DNA of 64,000 nucleotides from Betaproteobacteria bacterium SG8_41 (GTDB lineage Bacteria > Pseudomonadota > Gammaproteobacteria > Burkholderiales > SG8-41): NCBI GenBank assembly GCA_001303585.1, contig LJTT01000006.1:7919-71918 (forward strand). The letters are read 5' to 3'. The notes under the pieces were generated by a model that was given only the letters and a program-made list of their open reading frames with translations, was not told the origin of the DNA and did not search any database. The position numbers and the translations under genes were made by a program. Positions 38,801-47,274 of the stretch are shown piece by piece (within the stretch, counting starts at the first letter, position 1; each line of letters begins with the position of its first letter).

Positions 38801-39553
38801 ATGGCAACGCATGATGGGGTGAATTGCACACGACGAGATTTTCTACGCATCGCCGGGAGCGTCGCACTGCTGATGGCAAGCCCGGGGCAGGCGGTTTTCG
38901 CCGCCAGCCCGCCGGGCAGGGCGCCGCTCAAGATCGCGACCATCGGATCGGGACGAATTGGTGGCACGCTCGGCACCTTGTGGGTGCAGGCGGGTCACCC
39001 CGTAATGTTCTCGTCGCGGCATCCCGAGCAACTGAAGGAGATGGTCGACAGCCTCGGGCCACTGGCGCGTGCCGGCACGGTGGAGGAAGCGATCGCGTTC
39101 GCCGATGTGGTGCTGCTCGCCGTACCCTATCGCGCAATGCCGCAGATCGGCAAGGACCATGGGCGCGCGCTCGCTGCCAAGGCCCTCGTTCTGGACGCGA
39201 CCAATCCGATCCCGAGGCGCGACGGCGAGATCGCGAACTGGGCCCGGGAAAAGGGCGCCGGTCTCGCCTCGGCGGAACTGCTGCCGGGCGTGCGTATCGT
39301 GCGCGCGTTCAATGCGATCGGCTACGCGAGATTGCCTGAGATCGCGAAACGCCAGGGCGATCCCGTCGGAATGCCGATGGCCGGTGATGATGCGAACGCC
39401 AACGCGCTGGCGTCTGGCCTGGTGCGTGAAATCGGCTTCGAGCCGGTCGTGATCGGGCCGCTCGCAATGGGGAAACACCTGCTGCCCAGAACGCCGCTGG
39501 CGGGTGTGCGCACGCCGGAGGAGATCCGGAAAATCGCAGCAACCCTTGACTAG
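38801..39553 (+). CDS. NADP oxidoreductase, coenzyme-F420-dependent-type (NPD) fold, with twin-arginine signal
   Basis: TRRDFLRIAGSVALLMASPGQAVFA Tat-like signal, followed by the Rossmann motif IATIGSGRIGG. GGGAGA SD. Confidence 0.8.
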   Translation: MATHDGVNCTRRDFLRIAGSVALLMASPGQAVFAASPPGRAPLKIATIGSGRIGGTLGTLWVQAGHPVMFSSRHPEQLKEMVDSLGPLARAGTVEEAIAFADVVLLAVPYRAMPQIGKDHGRALAAKALVLDATNPIPRRDGEIANWAREKGAGLASAELLPGVRIVRAFNAIGYARLPEIAKRQGDPVGMPMAGDDANANALASGLVREIGFEPVVIGPLAMGKHLLPRTPLAGVRTPEEIRKIAATLD

Positions 39554-39571
39554 GCCATAACACCCGTAATG

Positions 39572-39596
39572 AGTTATGCGCATGGCCCATTACGGG
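39572..39596 (+). terminator. stem-loop downstream of the NADP oxidoreductase gene (weak terminator candidate)
   Basis: CCCGTAATG pairs with CATTACGGG (9 bp). It is followed by CTTCTGA heptamers rather than a clean U-tract. Confidence 0.35.
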
Positions 39597-39600
39597 AGTC

Positions 39601-39621
39601 CTTCTGACTTCTGACTTTGGG
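39601..39621. repeat. CTTCTGA heptamer tract
   Basis: CTTCTGA CTTCTGA CTTTGGG. Confidence 0.6.
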
Positions 39622-39683
39622 TTACCATCCGGCCCGCTGCCTGACGTCCGCCAGAGCCTGTCGAGCCTCGGCGACTACTCACT

Positions 39684-40673
39684 TCAGTCGACCTTTGCGC
39701 CGGACTCTTTTACGACCTGCGCCCACTTGACGGCCTCGGACTGGATCATCTTTGCAAAGCTTTCAGGTGTGCTGGTACGAACCTCGAAGCCCCGGTTTGC
39801 CAGCTTGGTTCTTATATCGTCGTCATTCATTATCTTCACGATCTCCCTGTTGAGGGTCGTGATAATTCCCTGCGGCGTGCCTTTCGGAACGAATACCCCA
39901 AACCAGACGTCGACCTCGTAACCCGGGACACCGGCTTCAGCGATAGTCGGCAAATTGGGCATCTCGGGCGCTCTCGAGGCGCTGGTGACCCCGAGCCCCC
40001 TGATCTTGCCCGCTTTAATCTGGCGAATCACCGTGAGCTTGCTGCCAAATATGACCTGCACCTCACCCGACAACACTGCAACCAGTGCCGCGCCGCCGCC
40101 TTTGTAGGGGATGTGAACCATATTCGTCTTGGTAAGTGACTTAAACAATTCCGCGGCAAGATGATTACCCGCGCCAACCGCGCTTGAGGCGTAGTTAATC
40201 TCGCCCGGGCGCGCCTTCGCCAGCCAAATCAAATCCTTTACCGTTTTCACGGGCATCGATGGGTGCACGCTGAGGATATAGGCCGACGTTCCGACCATTC
40301 CAACAGGAACCAAGTCCTTGATGGGGTCGTAGGGCAACTTCTTGAACAGCGACGGCGCCACCGTAATCGTCGCTGGCAAGCCCAAAGCGATCGAATATCC
40401 GTCCGGCTCCGCTTCCACGGCCATTTTCGTCCCGATGATGCCGCCCGATCCTCCCCGATTGTCGACGACTACCTGCTGCCGGAAATCGTCGCTCATTTTC
40501 TGCGCAATGATTCTCGCGATGATGTTGGCGCCGCCACCAACCGAAAACGGGACAATGAATCGTATCGGTTTATCCGGATAGCTCTGCGCCAACGTAGCGT
40601 TTCCGCCGAGTCCGATCATCGACACTACTACAACAGCGAACGTTGAGATCGATTTCATGAGACTCCTCCTCAT
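39684..40673 (-). CDS. tripartite tricarboxylate transporter substrate-binding protein (Bug/TctC family)
   Basis: Signal peptide, YPDKPIRFIVPFSVGG and DNRGGSGG. Confidence 0.9.
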   Translation of the reverse strand: MRRSLMKSISTFAVVVVSMIGLGGNATLAQSYPDKPIRFIVPFSVGGGANIIARIIAQKMSDDFRQQVVVDNRGGSGGIIGTKMAVEAEPDGYSIALGLPATITVAPSLFKKLPYDPIKDLVPVGMVGTSAYILSVHPSMPVKTVKDLIWLAKARPGEINYASSAVGAGNHLAAELFKSLTKTNMVHIPYKGGGAALVAVLSGEVQVIFGSKLTVIRQIKAGKIRGLGVTSASRAPEMPNLPTIAEAGVPGYEVDVWFGVFVPKGTPQGIITTLNREIVKIMNDDDIRTKLANRGFEVRTSTPESFAKMIQSEAVKWAQVVKESGAKVD

Positions 40674-41348
40674 TCTCTCTGTGCGATCAAGGCTACTGTC
40701 TCCGGTTTCTCACCCTGCGGTTCCGGAGCACTGTCCACTATTAGGCGGCTCTCACTCTCTCGTCAACCTCAGATTGGTTGATTGGGAGTCGAGCCGGCCG
40801 TGACTAGCCGGTCGTGCCTCGAAATTGGCGTTAAGCTGAAAGGCGAGCTCGCGGCTTGCAGGCCGCAGTGGCCTGTCGCTCAACGTTTCTTATTTGGCGT
40901 TACGAATTTGCCTGGGTTTTTCAAAGACGCCTGGCGCGTATTAAACAGGACCTAACTATTCGAACCGCAATTAACGCCGTATCCTGCTCTCGCGATCAAC
41001 AAGAACGAGGGCGATTTCCGATCGTCTGAATCTACGGTTCGCTGGCTTCGTGGTGTGGTTGGGTGGGATCGGTTCCCATATATTGGACCGAAATCCCGAA
41101 AACTCGAGCCTCGCCCGTCCAACCGCCGTGCGTCTGCGCCTTCATCCCCGTCATCAGTTGAGCGCGTGCGTCGCTTCCGGCTTCTTTCGGTAGTTCGGCC
41201 ACAACGGCGTTACACTGTCACTGTTTTTCTCGATAGTAATGCCCTGCCCGGCGCTATAGTGTGCAATGAGCTGACCGCCTGCACCTGTGATCGAGATTGG
41301 CTCCATTGAGGCGCACTCTGCGTCCGGGAACGACGACGGAAGTCGACA

Positions 41349-42908
41349 TTGCCCGCCGAAACCACTGAGCTATTGTTCGCCCGTTACGGTCCGCGTTACC
41401 GGTCCTACGCCACCATCACGGTAATGCTTGCCACGGTCGCGGCGATGATGACGACGACCACCGTCAACGTCGCCATACCCGACATCATGGGCGCGTTTGG
41501 CATCGGGCAGGACCGGGCGCAGTGGTTTTCGACCGGGGCCCTGGCCGCAATGACGGTCGCGATGCTGCTCAACGCCTGGCTGATTCGCAGCTTCGGCCAG
41601 CGCAAGACGTTGATCGGCGCTCTCTGCCTTTTCATCGTCTCGATGTTGCTGGCGGGACTGAGCCCCAACGAAACGATGCTGATCTTTTGCCGCGTCGCGC
41701 AGGGCGCGGTGGCGGGGTTGATGCAACCCTTCTCGGTCTACACGCTGTTCCGGGTGTTTCCCCCCCATCAGAGAGGGAGCGCGATGGGCCTTTTCGGCAT
41801 CAGCGTTATTCTGGGCCCGGCGCTGGGCCCTACCCTGGGTGGCATCATGATCGAGCATTTCAACTGGCGCTACGTTTTCTTTCTCGGCATACCGTTCAGC
41901 GCCGTCGCGATTCTGCTCGGCAGCCTGTTCATGCCGGAGCGCGAGGAATCGGATGCGCGCGCCAGTTTCGACTGGACCGGTTTTATGCTCCTGACGGCAT
42001 CGCTCGCCTGCCTGCTCATTGGCCTGTCCAACGGACAGCGCGAAGGTTGGTATTCCGACTACATCGTGACCCTGCTTGGGTTTGCCGCCGCCAGCGCGGC
42101 CGCTTTCGTTGCTTGGGAACTGCATGCATCGCAGCCGCTGGTCGATCTCCGGGTGCTCGTCAATCCGCGCTTCGCCGCGGCGGCTGCGGTGGCCTTTATC
42201 TTCGGGGCCGGCTTGTTCGGGTCGATCTATCTCGTGCCCCTCTTCGTGCAAACGGTCCAGGGGTTCACGCCACTGACGTCGGGCTTGCTGCTGATGCCTG
42301 GCGGTCTCGTGCTGGGACTGCTCATGCCGATCGGCGGATTTCTGAGCGACAGGCTTTCCGCGCGGGCCCTGATCATCGCAGGGCTGTTTTTTGCCAGCTT
42401 GTCCGCTTACTCCCTGGCAAACGTTGACGCCAATACGCCGTTCTGGACGGTCGCGCGGTGCGTCATTTTTTTCTACACGGGCCTGGGGCTGAGCAAGCCG
42501 GCGCTCATCGTCGCGGCGCTGCGGCCATTGCGCCCCGACCAACTCGGACAGGGCGCGGGGATGATCAATTTTTCCCGGCAGCTCGGCGGCGCATTCGGCG
42601 TGAACCTCCTCTCGGTCATACTGGACCGGCGGACTTTTTTTCACGGAAACGCATTGGCGAGCGTTCAGACCTCCGGCAACAGCGGCACGGCGGAGTTTCT
42701 GCGCAGGATGCAGGAGCTGCTCACGCAGGCCGGGGTGCCCCCGGACTTGCAGTTGTCGGGCGCGCTGCACTTCCTGGATCGGGTGGTCTATGCGCAGGCC
42801 TATACGCTGGGTTTCCGAGACAGCTTCCTCGTGGTGGGGATCGTATTTACCGTCGCACTGATTCCGGCCTGGATCATGGGCAAGAGCAGGGCAGAGCAAC
42901 CTGCCTAG
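41349..42908 (+). CDS. MFS transporter, DHA2 (EmrB/QacA, 14-TM) family
   Basis: 519 aa and about 14 TM helices. The MFS motif-A-like region is ...SFGQRKTLIG. TTG start as given by the track; the true start is uncertain. Confidence 0.85.
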   Translation: MPAETTELLFARYGPRYRSYATITVMLATVAAMMTTTTVNVAIPDIMGAFGIGQDRAQWFSTGALAAMTVAMLLNAWLIRSFGQRKTLIGALCLFIVSMLLAGLSPNETMLIFCRVAQGAVAGLMQPFSVYTLFRVFPPHQRGSAMGLFGISVILGPALGPTLGGIMIEHFNWRYVFFLGIPFSAVAILLGSLFMPEREESDARASFDWTGFMLLTASLACLLIGLSNGQREGWYSDYIVTLLGFAAASAAAFVAWELHASQPLVDLRVLVNPRFAAAAAVAFIFGAGLFGSIYLVPLFVQTVQGFTPLTSGLLLMPGGLVLGLLMPIGGFLSDRLSARALIIAGLFFASLSAYSLANVDANTPFWTVARCVIFFYTGLGLSKPALIVAALRPLRPDQLGQGAGMINFSRQLGGAFGVNLLSVILDRRTFFHGNALASVQTSGNSGTAEFLRRMQELLTQAGVPPDLQLSGALHFLDRVVYAQAYTLGFRDSFLVVGIVFTVALIPAWIMGKSRAEQPA

Positions 42909-43056
42909 CACCCGCATCGCGGCACGAGGGGTCAAAGGAGGCGGGTTCCGGCCAAGCGGGGGCCGCCGAGTCACTTCGCCTTGTCCCCTTTACCTGATCC
43001 TTCTGGCAGAATCGGGCTCGCCCGGCATTCAAGCCACATCTACCCAGCGGACTCCA

Positions 43057-44115
43057 ATGGCTGCCAAAAAGACCGAGAAAAGCGTGTTCTGGTTCGACGA
43101 CGGCAAGCGGCCGAATGTCGCGGATGCGCTGGAGAGGGAAAAGGACATCATCGTGCATCGGCTGGCGTTCTCCGGCCCGCAAGCCGACAACTGGGGCGCC
43201 ATGTCGGCCTCCCAGGTGTATTGCATCACCTCGGCCCGGCACGAGGTCCCCGATCAATACAAATGCAATGCGGCGCTGATCGCACGCTGTCCGGACCTGC
43301 TCGCCGTGTCAACAACCGGGGCAGGCTATGACACGGTCGACGTAGGGGCGTGTACGGCAGCAGGCGTGCTGCTCGTCAACCAGGCGGGGGCCAACGCCGA
43401 TGCTGTTGCCGAGCACGCGGTGGCAATGATGCTGTCGCTGACCAAGAATATTCCGCAGACGGACCGATCGCTTCGCACTGTGCGCGGCGTCGACCGGGAA
43501 GTCTTCAAGGGCTGGAACGCCCGGGGCCGAACGGTTGGCCTCATCGGCATTGGCCAGGTCGGCAGCCGCGTGGCGCGCATTTGCGGCAAAGGCCTCGAGA
43601 TGAACGTGCTTGCATGTGACCCCTATCTCACCGCGGAAGAGATTGAAGGCCGGGGCGCAACCAAGGTGGATCTCGCCACCCTCCTCGCCGAGTCGCGCTT
43701 CCTTTCGATCCACTGTCCGCTGAATGATGAGACCCGCGGCATGATCGGCCAGCGCGAGCTCAATGCCCTGGCGGCAGGCTCCTACGTGATCACCACAGCG
43801 CGCGGCGGGATCATCGACGAGGACGCCCTCGCCGCCGCGCTCGACTCGGGCCACGTCGCCGGCGCCGGCATCGACGTCTGGGTCGTGGAGCCTCCACCGC
43901 TCACCCACCCGCTGCTCAAGTTCGACAACTTGATCGCCACTTACCACACCGCGGGCGTCACGCATGATTCCCGGCGCAACATGGCCGAATGGAATGCCGA
44001 ACAGGTAGCCGCGATCCTGCGAGGCGAGCGCCCTCCCCGACTGATCAATCCCGCTGCCTGGACGCTCTACGCGCAGCGCTTCGAGCGTATTTTCGGCTTT
44101 CGCCCCGGGAAGTAG
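43057..44115 (+). CDS. D-isomer-specific 2-hydroxyacid dehydrogenase family protein
   Basis: NAD motif GLIGIGQVGSRVA and the catalytic R / E / H region (TTARGGIIDE ... YHTAG). Confidence 0.9.
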   Translation: MAAKKTEKSVFWFDDGKRPNVADALEREKDIIVHRLAFSGPQADNWGAMSASQVYCITSARHEVPDQYKCNAALIARCPDLLAVSTTGAGYDTVDVGACTAAGVLLVNQAGANADAVAEHAVAMMLSLTKNIPQTDRSLRTVRGVDREVFKGWNARGRTVGLIGIGQVGSRVARICGKGLEMNVLACDPYLTAEEIEGRGATKVDLATLLAESRFLSIHCPLNDETRGMIGQRELNALAAGSYVITTARGGIIDEDALAAALDSGHVAGAGIDVWVVEPPPLTHPLLKFDNLIATYHTAGVTHDSRRNMAEWNAEQVAAILRGERPPRLINPAAWTLYAQRFERIFGFRPGK

Positions 44116-44400
44116 GCATCCTTCGGCGGCACCTCGCCAGATAGCCGCGCGGTTTACGGCGCTCACCGGCCGCGCCAACGGACGACCCGGGCACCTGCGA
44201 TGCGCTCGAGAGTCTATCTTGTTTCAGCCGATCAACGCGTTGCAGAGGGCCGGCCCCCGAACGAATCTGGAGCCATCGCTTCACAACCGGGGCCGGTTCG
44301 CGCAATGGATTAGAATTCCATGATAGATGGACATCTTGCGCGCCAGCGCGCGCGGTGAGCAGCCACCCGCTTCAAACCACAAGGAAATTCAGCCACCACG

Positions 44401-45105
44401 ATGGAATCGATAAGTTTGCTTGTGATGGGTTTCCTCACGGCCGTTATTATGGCCCTGGGCATTGCCGTATTTGTTCTGTTCCGGAGAACACGGAAGACCG
44501 CGAGCTCGACGACGGTCCATTCCACGATTGAAGGAATGCGGGCAGTGGGAGACCTGTCCGTATTCAAGGTCTACACGAAGGAGATTGTGACGGAGCTCGA
44601 TCACAGCTGGGGCGACTTCGGCAAAAAGTATCTCGACTGGATTTACTCCAGCAAGAAGATGGCGATGATTTTCGAGTTTGAAATCGAATTCCGCTATGAC
44701 CTGAGGACGCGGGACTTCGAAATCATCGAAACCGGCCCCGGCGCCTACATCCTGCGCATGCCGCCCTGTTTCCACGAGATCAATATCCGCAATATCGAGT
44801 TCTACGACGAGCAAAGAAGCAGGCTTCTGCCATGGCTTTTACCGGACCTCCTGAACAGCTTCCTGGGGGCGGGATTTACCGAGGAGGACCGCAACAAACT
44901 CGTGTCGGCCGCGAGCAATCATGCCAAACAACGCGCAAACGCCATGATCGACAAACTTTCCTCCGAGGTCGAAGCTTCGGCGAAACAGACGCTGCACGCG
45001 ATCGGACAATCCTTCGGCGCTCAAAGCCTTACTTTTGTCTTTAAGCCGACCGGCGAAAGTCGGGCCCACGTGAGCATTGGCGAACAAGTAAGAGCGGCAG
45101 CCTAG
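44401..45105 (+). CDS. DUF4230 domain-containing membrane-anchored protein
   Basis: N-terminal TM, followed by ...IEGMRAVGDLSVFKVYTKEIV... and FEFEIEFRYDL, as in DUF4230 proteins I recall. Confidence 0.65.
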   Translation: MESISLLVMGFLTAVIMALGIAVFVLFRRTRKTASSTTVHSTIEGMRAVGDLSVFKVYTKEIVTELDHSWGDFGKKYLDWIYSSKKMAMIFEFEIEFRYDLRTRDFEIIETGPGAYILRMPPCFHEINIRNIEFYDEQRSRLLPWLLPDLLNSFLGAGFTEEDRNKLVSAASNHAKQRANAMIDKLSSEVEASAKQTLHAIGQSFGAQSLTFVFKPTGESRAHVSIGEQVRAAA

Positions 45106-45153
45106 TCCATACTTCCTGCACGCCCCGCCTCGGCGGTCACGGGGTTGAAAAGC

Positions 45154-45213
45154 CTTCTGCCTTCTGCCTTCTGCCTTCTGCCCTCTGCCTTCTGACTTCT
45201 GACTTCTGACTTC
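45154..45213. repeat. tandem heptamer array: CTTCTGC x4, CCTCTGC, CTTCTGA x3 (+CTTC)
   Basis: Read directly. About 8.5 units between convergent genes. Confidence 0.9.
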
Positions 45214-45223
45214 GGGTGCTGCG

Positions 45224-46120
45224 TCAGATCCGGTAGAACGATGTCGCCGTGTCGTGGAAATATTTCCGCTGCTCGGTTTGCGGCCGCGCCTCGAGGATCC
45301 GCTTGGTGGTGGCGACGAGATCGTCATAGCTCGCCCACAATTTCTCCAGCGGGAAGTTGCTGCCGTAGAAACAACGGTCCCCGCCGAACCGGTCCAGCAG
45401 ATGATCGAGTGTTATGCGCATGTGATTCTCGTCGCACTTCCCGCTGAAAAAATTCAGGCCCGAGCACTTGATCCACAAATTGGGCCGCGGGTGGAGATGT
45501 TCGAGGCCTTCCTTCCAGGCGTTGACGGTGGCATCGTCATCCGCGGTCAGCATGCCGGCGTGGACGAGGCAGAAGTTCGTCTCCGGATGGTTGCGAACCA
45601 GTTCTTCGAAATACTTGAACTGATGCGAGAAGCCCTGCAGCTCGAAGCTGAGATCGTATTTCTTCAGCAGCTCGATACCGCGCTGGAATTCATCCGTGAT
45701 GCACAGATCGGGGCGGTCGGTGCGGCAGCGCAGCGGGTCGCCTTCCCAGAAATGCAGTTGATGGCGCACCCCGCGCGTGTTCGCGTACTGCCGGTGTCCC
45801 TGGAGAATTTCCTCGATATTCGGGTCGGTCATCACGGCGTGGCCGATGATTGCATGCGGAAAACCGGCGCGGTCGGCCTGCGTTTGCAGCCATCGCGTTT
45901 CCCCGACAGGATCCGAGGGATCGTAATTGGCCTGCACGTGCACCGATTTGACGACATTGTTGGCGCCAAAATCCGCCAGTAGATCCTTCACCAGGTAATC
46001 CTGCCGCAACGGCTGATAGTTGCTGCCATACATCTTCGGGGTGATTGGCGCGACCAGCCATGGGTAGTTTTTCCACTCCCACAAATGGTGGTGGCTGTCG
46101 ACGATGGGGCCTTCATACAT
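45224..46120 (-). CDS. amidohydrolase family protein (amidohydrolase_2)
   Basis: IVDSHHHLWEW N-terminus and C-terminal YGSNFP motif. Confidence 0.85.
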   Translation of the reverse strand: MYEGPIVDSHHHLWEWKNYPWLVAPITPKMYGSNYQPLRQDYLVKDLLADFGANNVVKSVHVQANYDPSDPVGETRWLQTQADRAGFPHAIIGHAVMTDPNIEEILQGHRQYANTRGVRHQLHFWEGDPLRCRTDRPDLCITDEFQRGIELLKKYDLSFELQGFSHQFKYFEELVRNHPETNFCLVHAGMLTADDDATVNAWKEGLEHLHPRPNLWIKCSGLNFFSGKCDENHMRITLDHLLDRFGGDRCFYGSNFPLEKLWASYDDLVATTKRILEARPQTEQRKYFHDTATSFYRI

Positions 46121-46184
46121 GGCGTTCTTCCCTATATCGATTGAGCGCGCTTGCGTACCACGGTGCCGTGCTCAGCGCCATTGG

Positions 46185-46520
46185 CTATTTCTGCCTGGCG
46201 ATGATCTGATCCTTGATTTCGTCGTAGACGGACTGCGGAATGATCTTCTTCTGGACCAGCTCATCCTTTCTCGCGTAGGGCCGTTTCCTGACGATTGCCT
46301 TGGCGCGGACTTCTCCGATCCCCTTCAGCGTCATCAGCTCATCTCTGCTGGCGCGGTTGATGTCGATCAGCCCGGACTTGGACTCCGTGGCTTGCGCCGC
46401 AGCAGCCTTCGATTGCGTGGCAGCGGGCTTGCTCGAAGATTTCGAGTCTTTGTCGGCGCCGCAACCGAGTGCGGTCAAGCCGATAGTGAGGGCAAGCAAA
46501 ACAGCGCAAAGATGCCTCAT
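46185..46520 (-). CDS. ComEA-like helix-hairpin-helix DNA-binding lipoprotein
   Basis: Lipobox LTALGC, low-complexity linker, and LIDINRASRDELMTLKGIGEVRAKAIV HhH motif. An alternative start is at 46550. Confidence 0.7.
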   Translation of the reverse strand: MRHLCAVLLALTIGLTALGCGADKDSKSSSKPAATQSKAAAAQATESKSGLIDINRASRDELMTLKGIGEVRAKAIVRKRPYARKDELVQKKIIPQSVYDEIKDQIIARQK

Positions 46521-46587
46521 TCTCTTCTTATTGGATTGGTGATATTTCATTGCCGTTTGGCGCAACTCTATTCCTCCGTCGGCCCCT

Positions 46588-47115
46588 TTACCGACTCTTG
46601 TTTGCCAGCGCATTTTGAACTTGTTTGAGCCAGTCCTCGGCCCGCCGGCGGTTCGTTCCCAGGTCCCAGTAACCAACACGGGAAGCGGAGTAAAGCGCGA
46701 TGGTCGACCAGCCTTGACCAACTGGAATGAACAGTGCCCGAATGTCGTCCTTGAACCCCATCAACGGGGTGGTCGCGACGACATGCATGCCGTTCGCCGA
46801 TTCCGCCAGCACTGCCGCACCCTCCGACCGAAGGACAACCGTTTTGAATGTCTCGATCAGGACAGGAACCGGCGCTTCGAACACTGGGGCAACCGCGTCG
46901 GGCTTGATCGCGAAGTCTGCAGGCGCGATCAGCCAATGGTTCGGGGAATCGGGGCGCGTCAGGTTGCTGAAATAATTGTCGAGCGTCACGGGCTGGGCCA
47001 CTGCGCCAGCATCGAACCTGACTGCAAGCACACTGCACGCGAGGACGGCGAGCAGAACTGCGATAGAGCGGCGCACGGGAGATAGGATGCCAGATTCGGG
47101 GCAAAGGGCAATCAT
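46588..47115 (-). CDS. DUF1499 domain-containing protein
   Basis: Signal/TM followed by ...SASRVGYWDLGTNRRRAEDWL..., which resembles the DUF1499 signature (SR.G.sDlG.NR.R). Confidence 0.6.
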   Translation of the reverse strand: MIALCPESGILSPVRRSIAVLLAVLACSVLAVRFDAGAVAQPVTLDNYFSNLTRPDSPNHWLIAPADFAIKPDAVAPVFEAPVPVLIETFKTVVLRSEGAAVLAESANGMHVVATTPLMGFKDDIRALFIPVGQGWSTIALYSASRVGYWDLGTNRRRAEDWLKQVQNALANKSR

Positions 47116-47252
47116 AAGGCAGAAGCCAGAAGGCGCAAGGCGAAACGGCTTCTTGATCGGTATTGCGATCTATCGGCGCTCATCTGGGGTTATCGACCGA
47201 TAATTCTGGATTTACAACCGGAAGCGATCTACGTTTCAGGTTTTACAAGGGG
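47116..47252. repeat. intergenic repeat block: AAGGCNN heptamers, core-like GCGCTCATCTGGGGTTAT, GATCTACGTTTCAGGTTTTA
   Basis: AAGGCAG AAGCCAG AAGGCGC AAGGCGA AACGGCT (47116-47150), core variant at 47175-47193, and the 10-mer GATCTACGTT shared with 57955-57964. Confidence 0.6.
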
Positions 47253-47274
47253 TCATTGGCTTCGATCTCCGGGT

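Noticed and set aside
41154-41306. Hand-found 50-codon minus-strand ORF in the 675-bp spacer.
   Set aside because: It has no Shine-Dalgarno sequence and no recognisable motif, so it is mentioned only within the spacer finding.
45154-45213. Possible CRISPR array, given the regular short repeats.
   Set aside because: The units are 7 nt and directly abutting, with no spacers. CRISPR repeats are 23-50 nt separated by unique spacers, and no cas genes are present.
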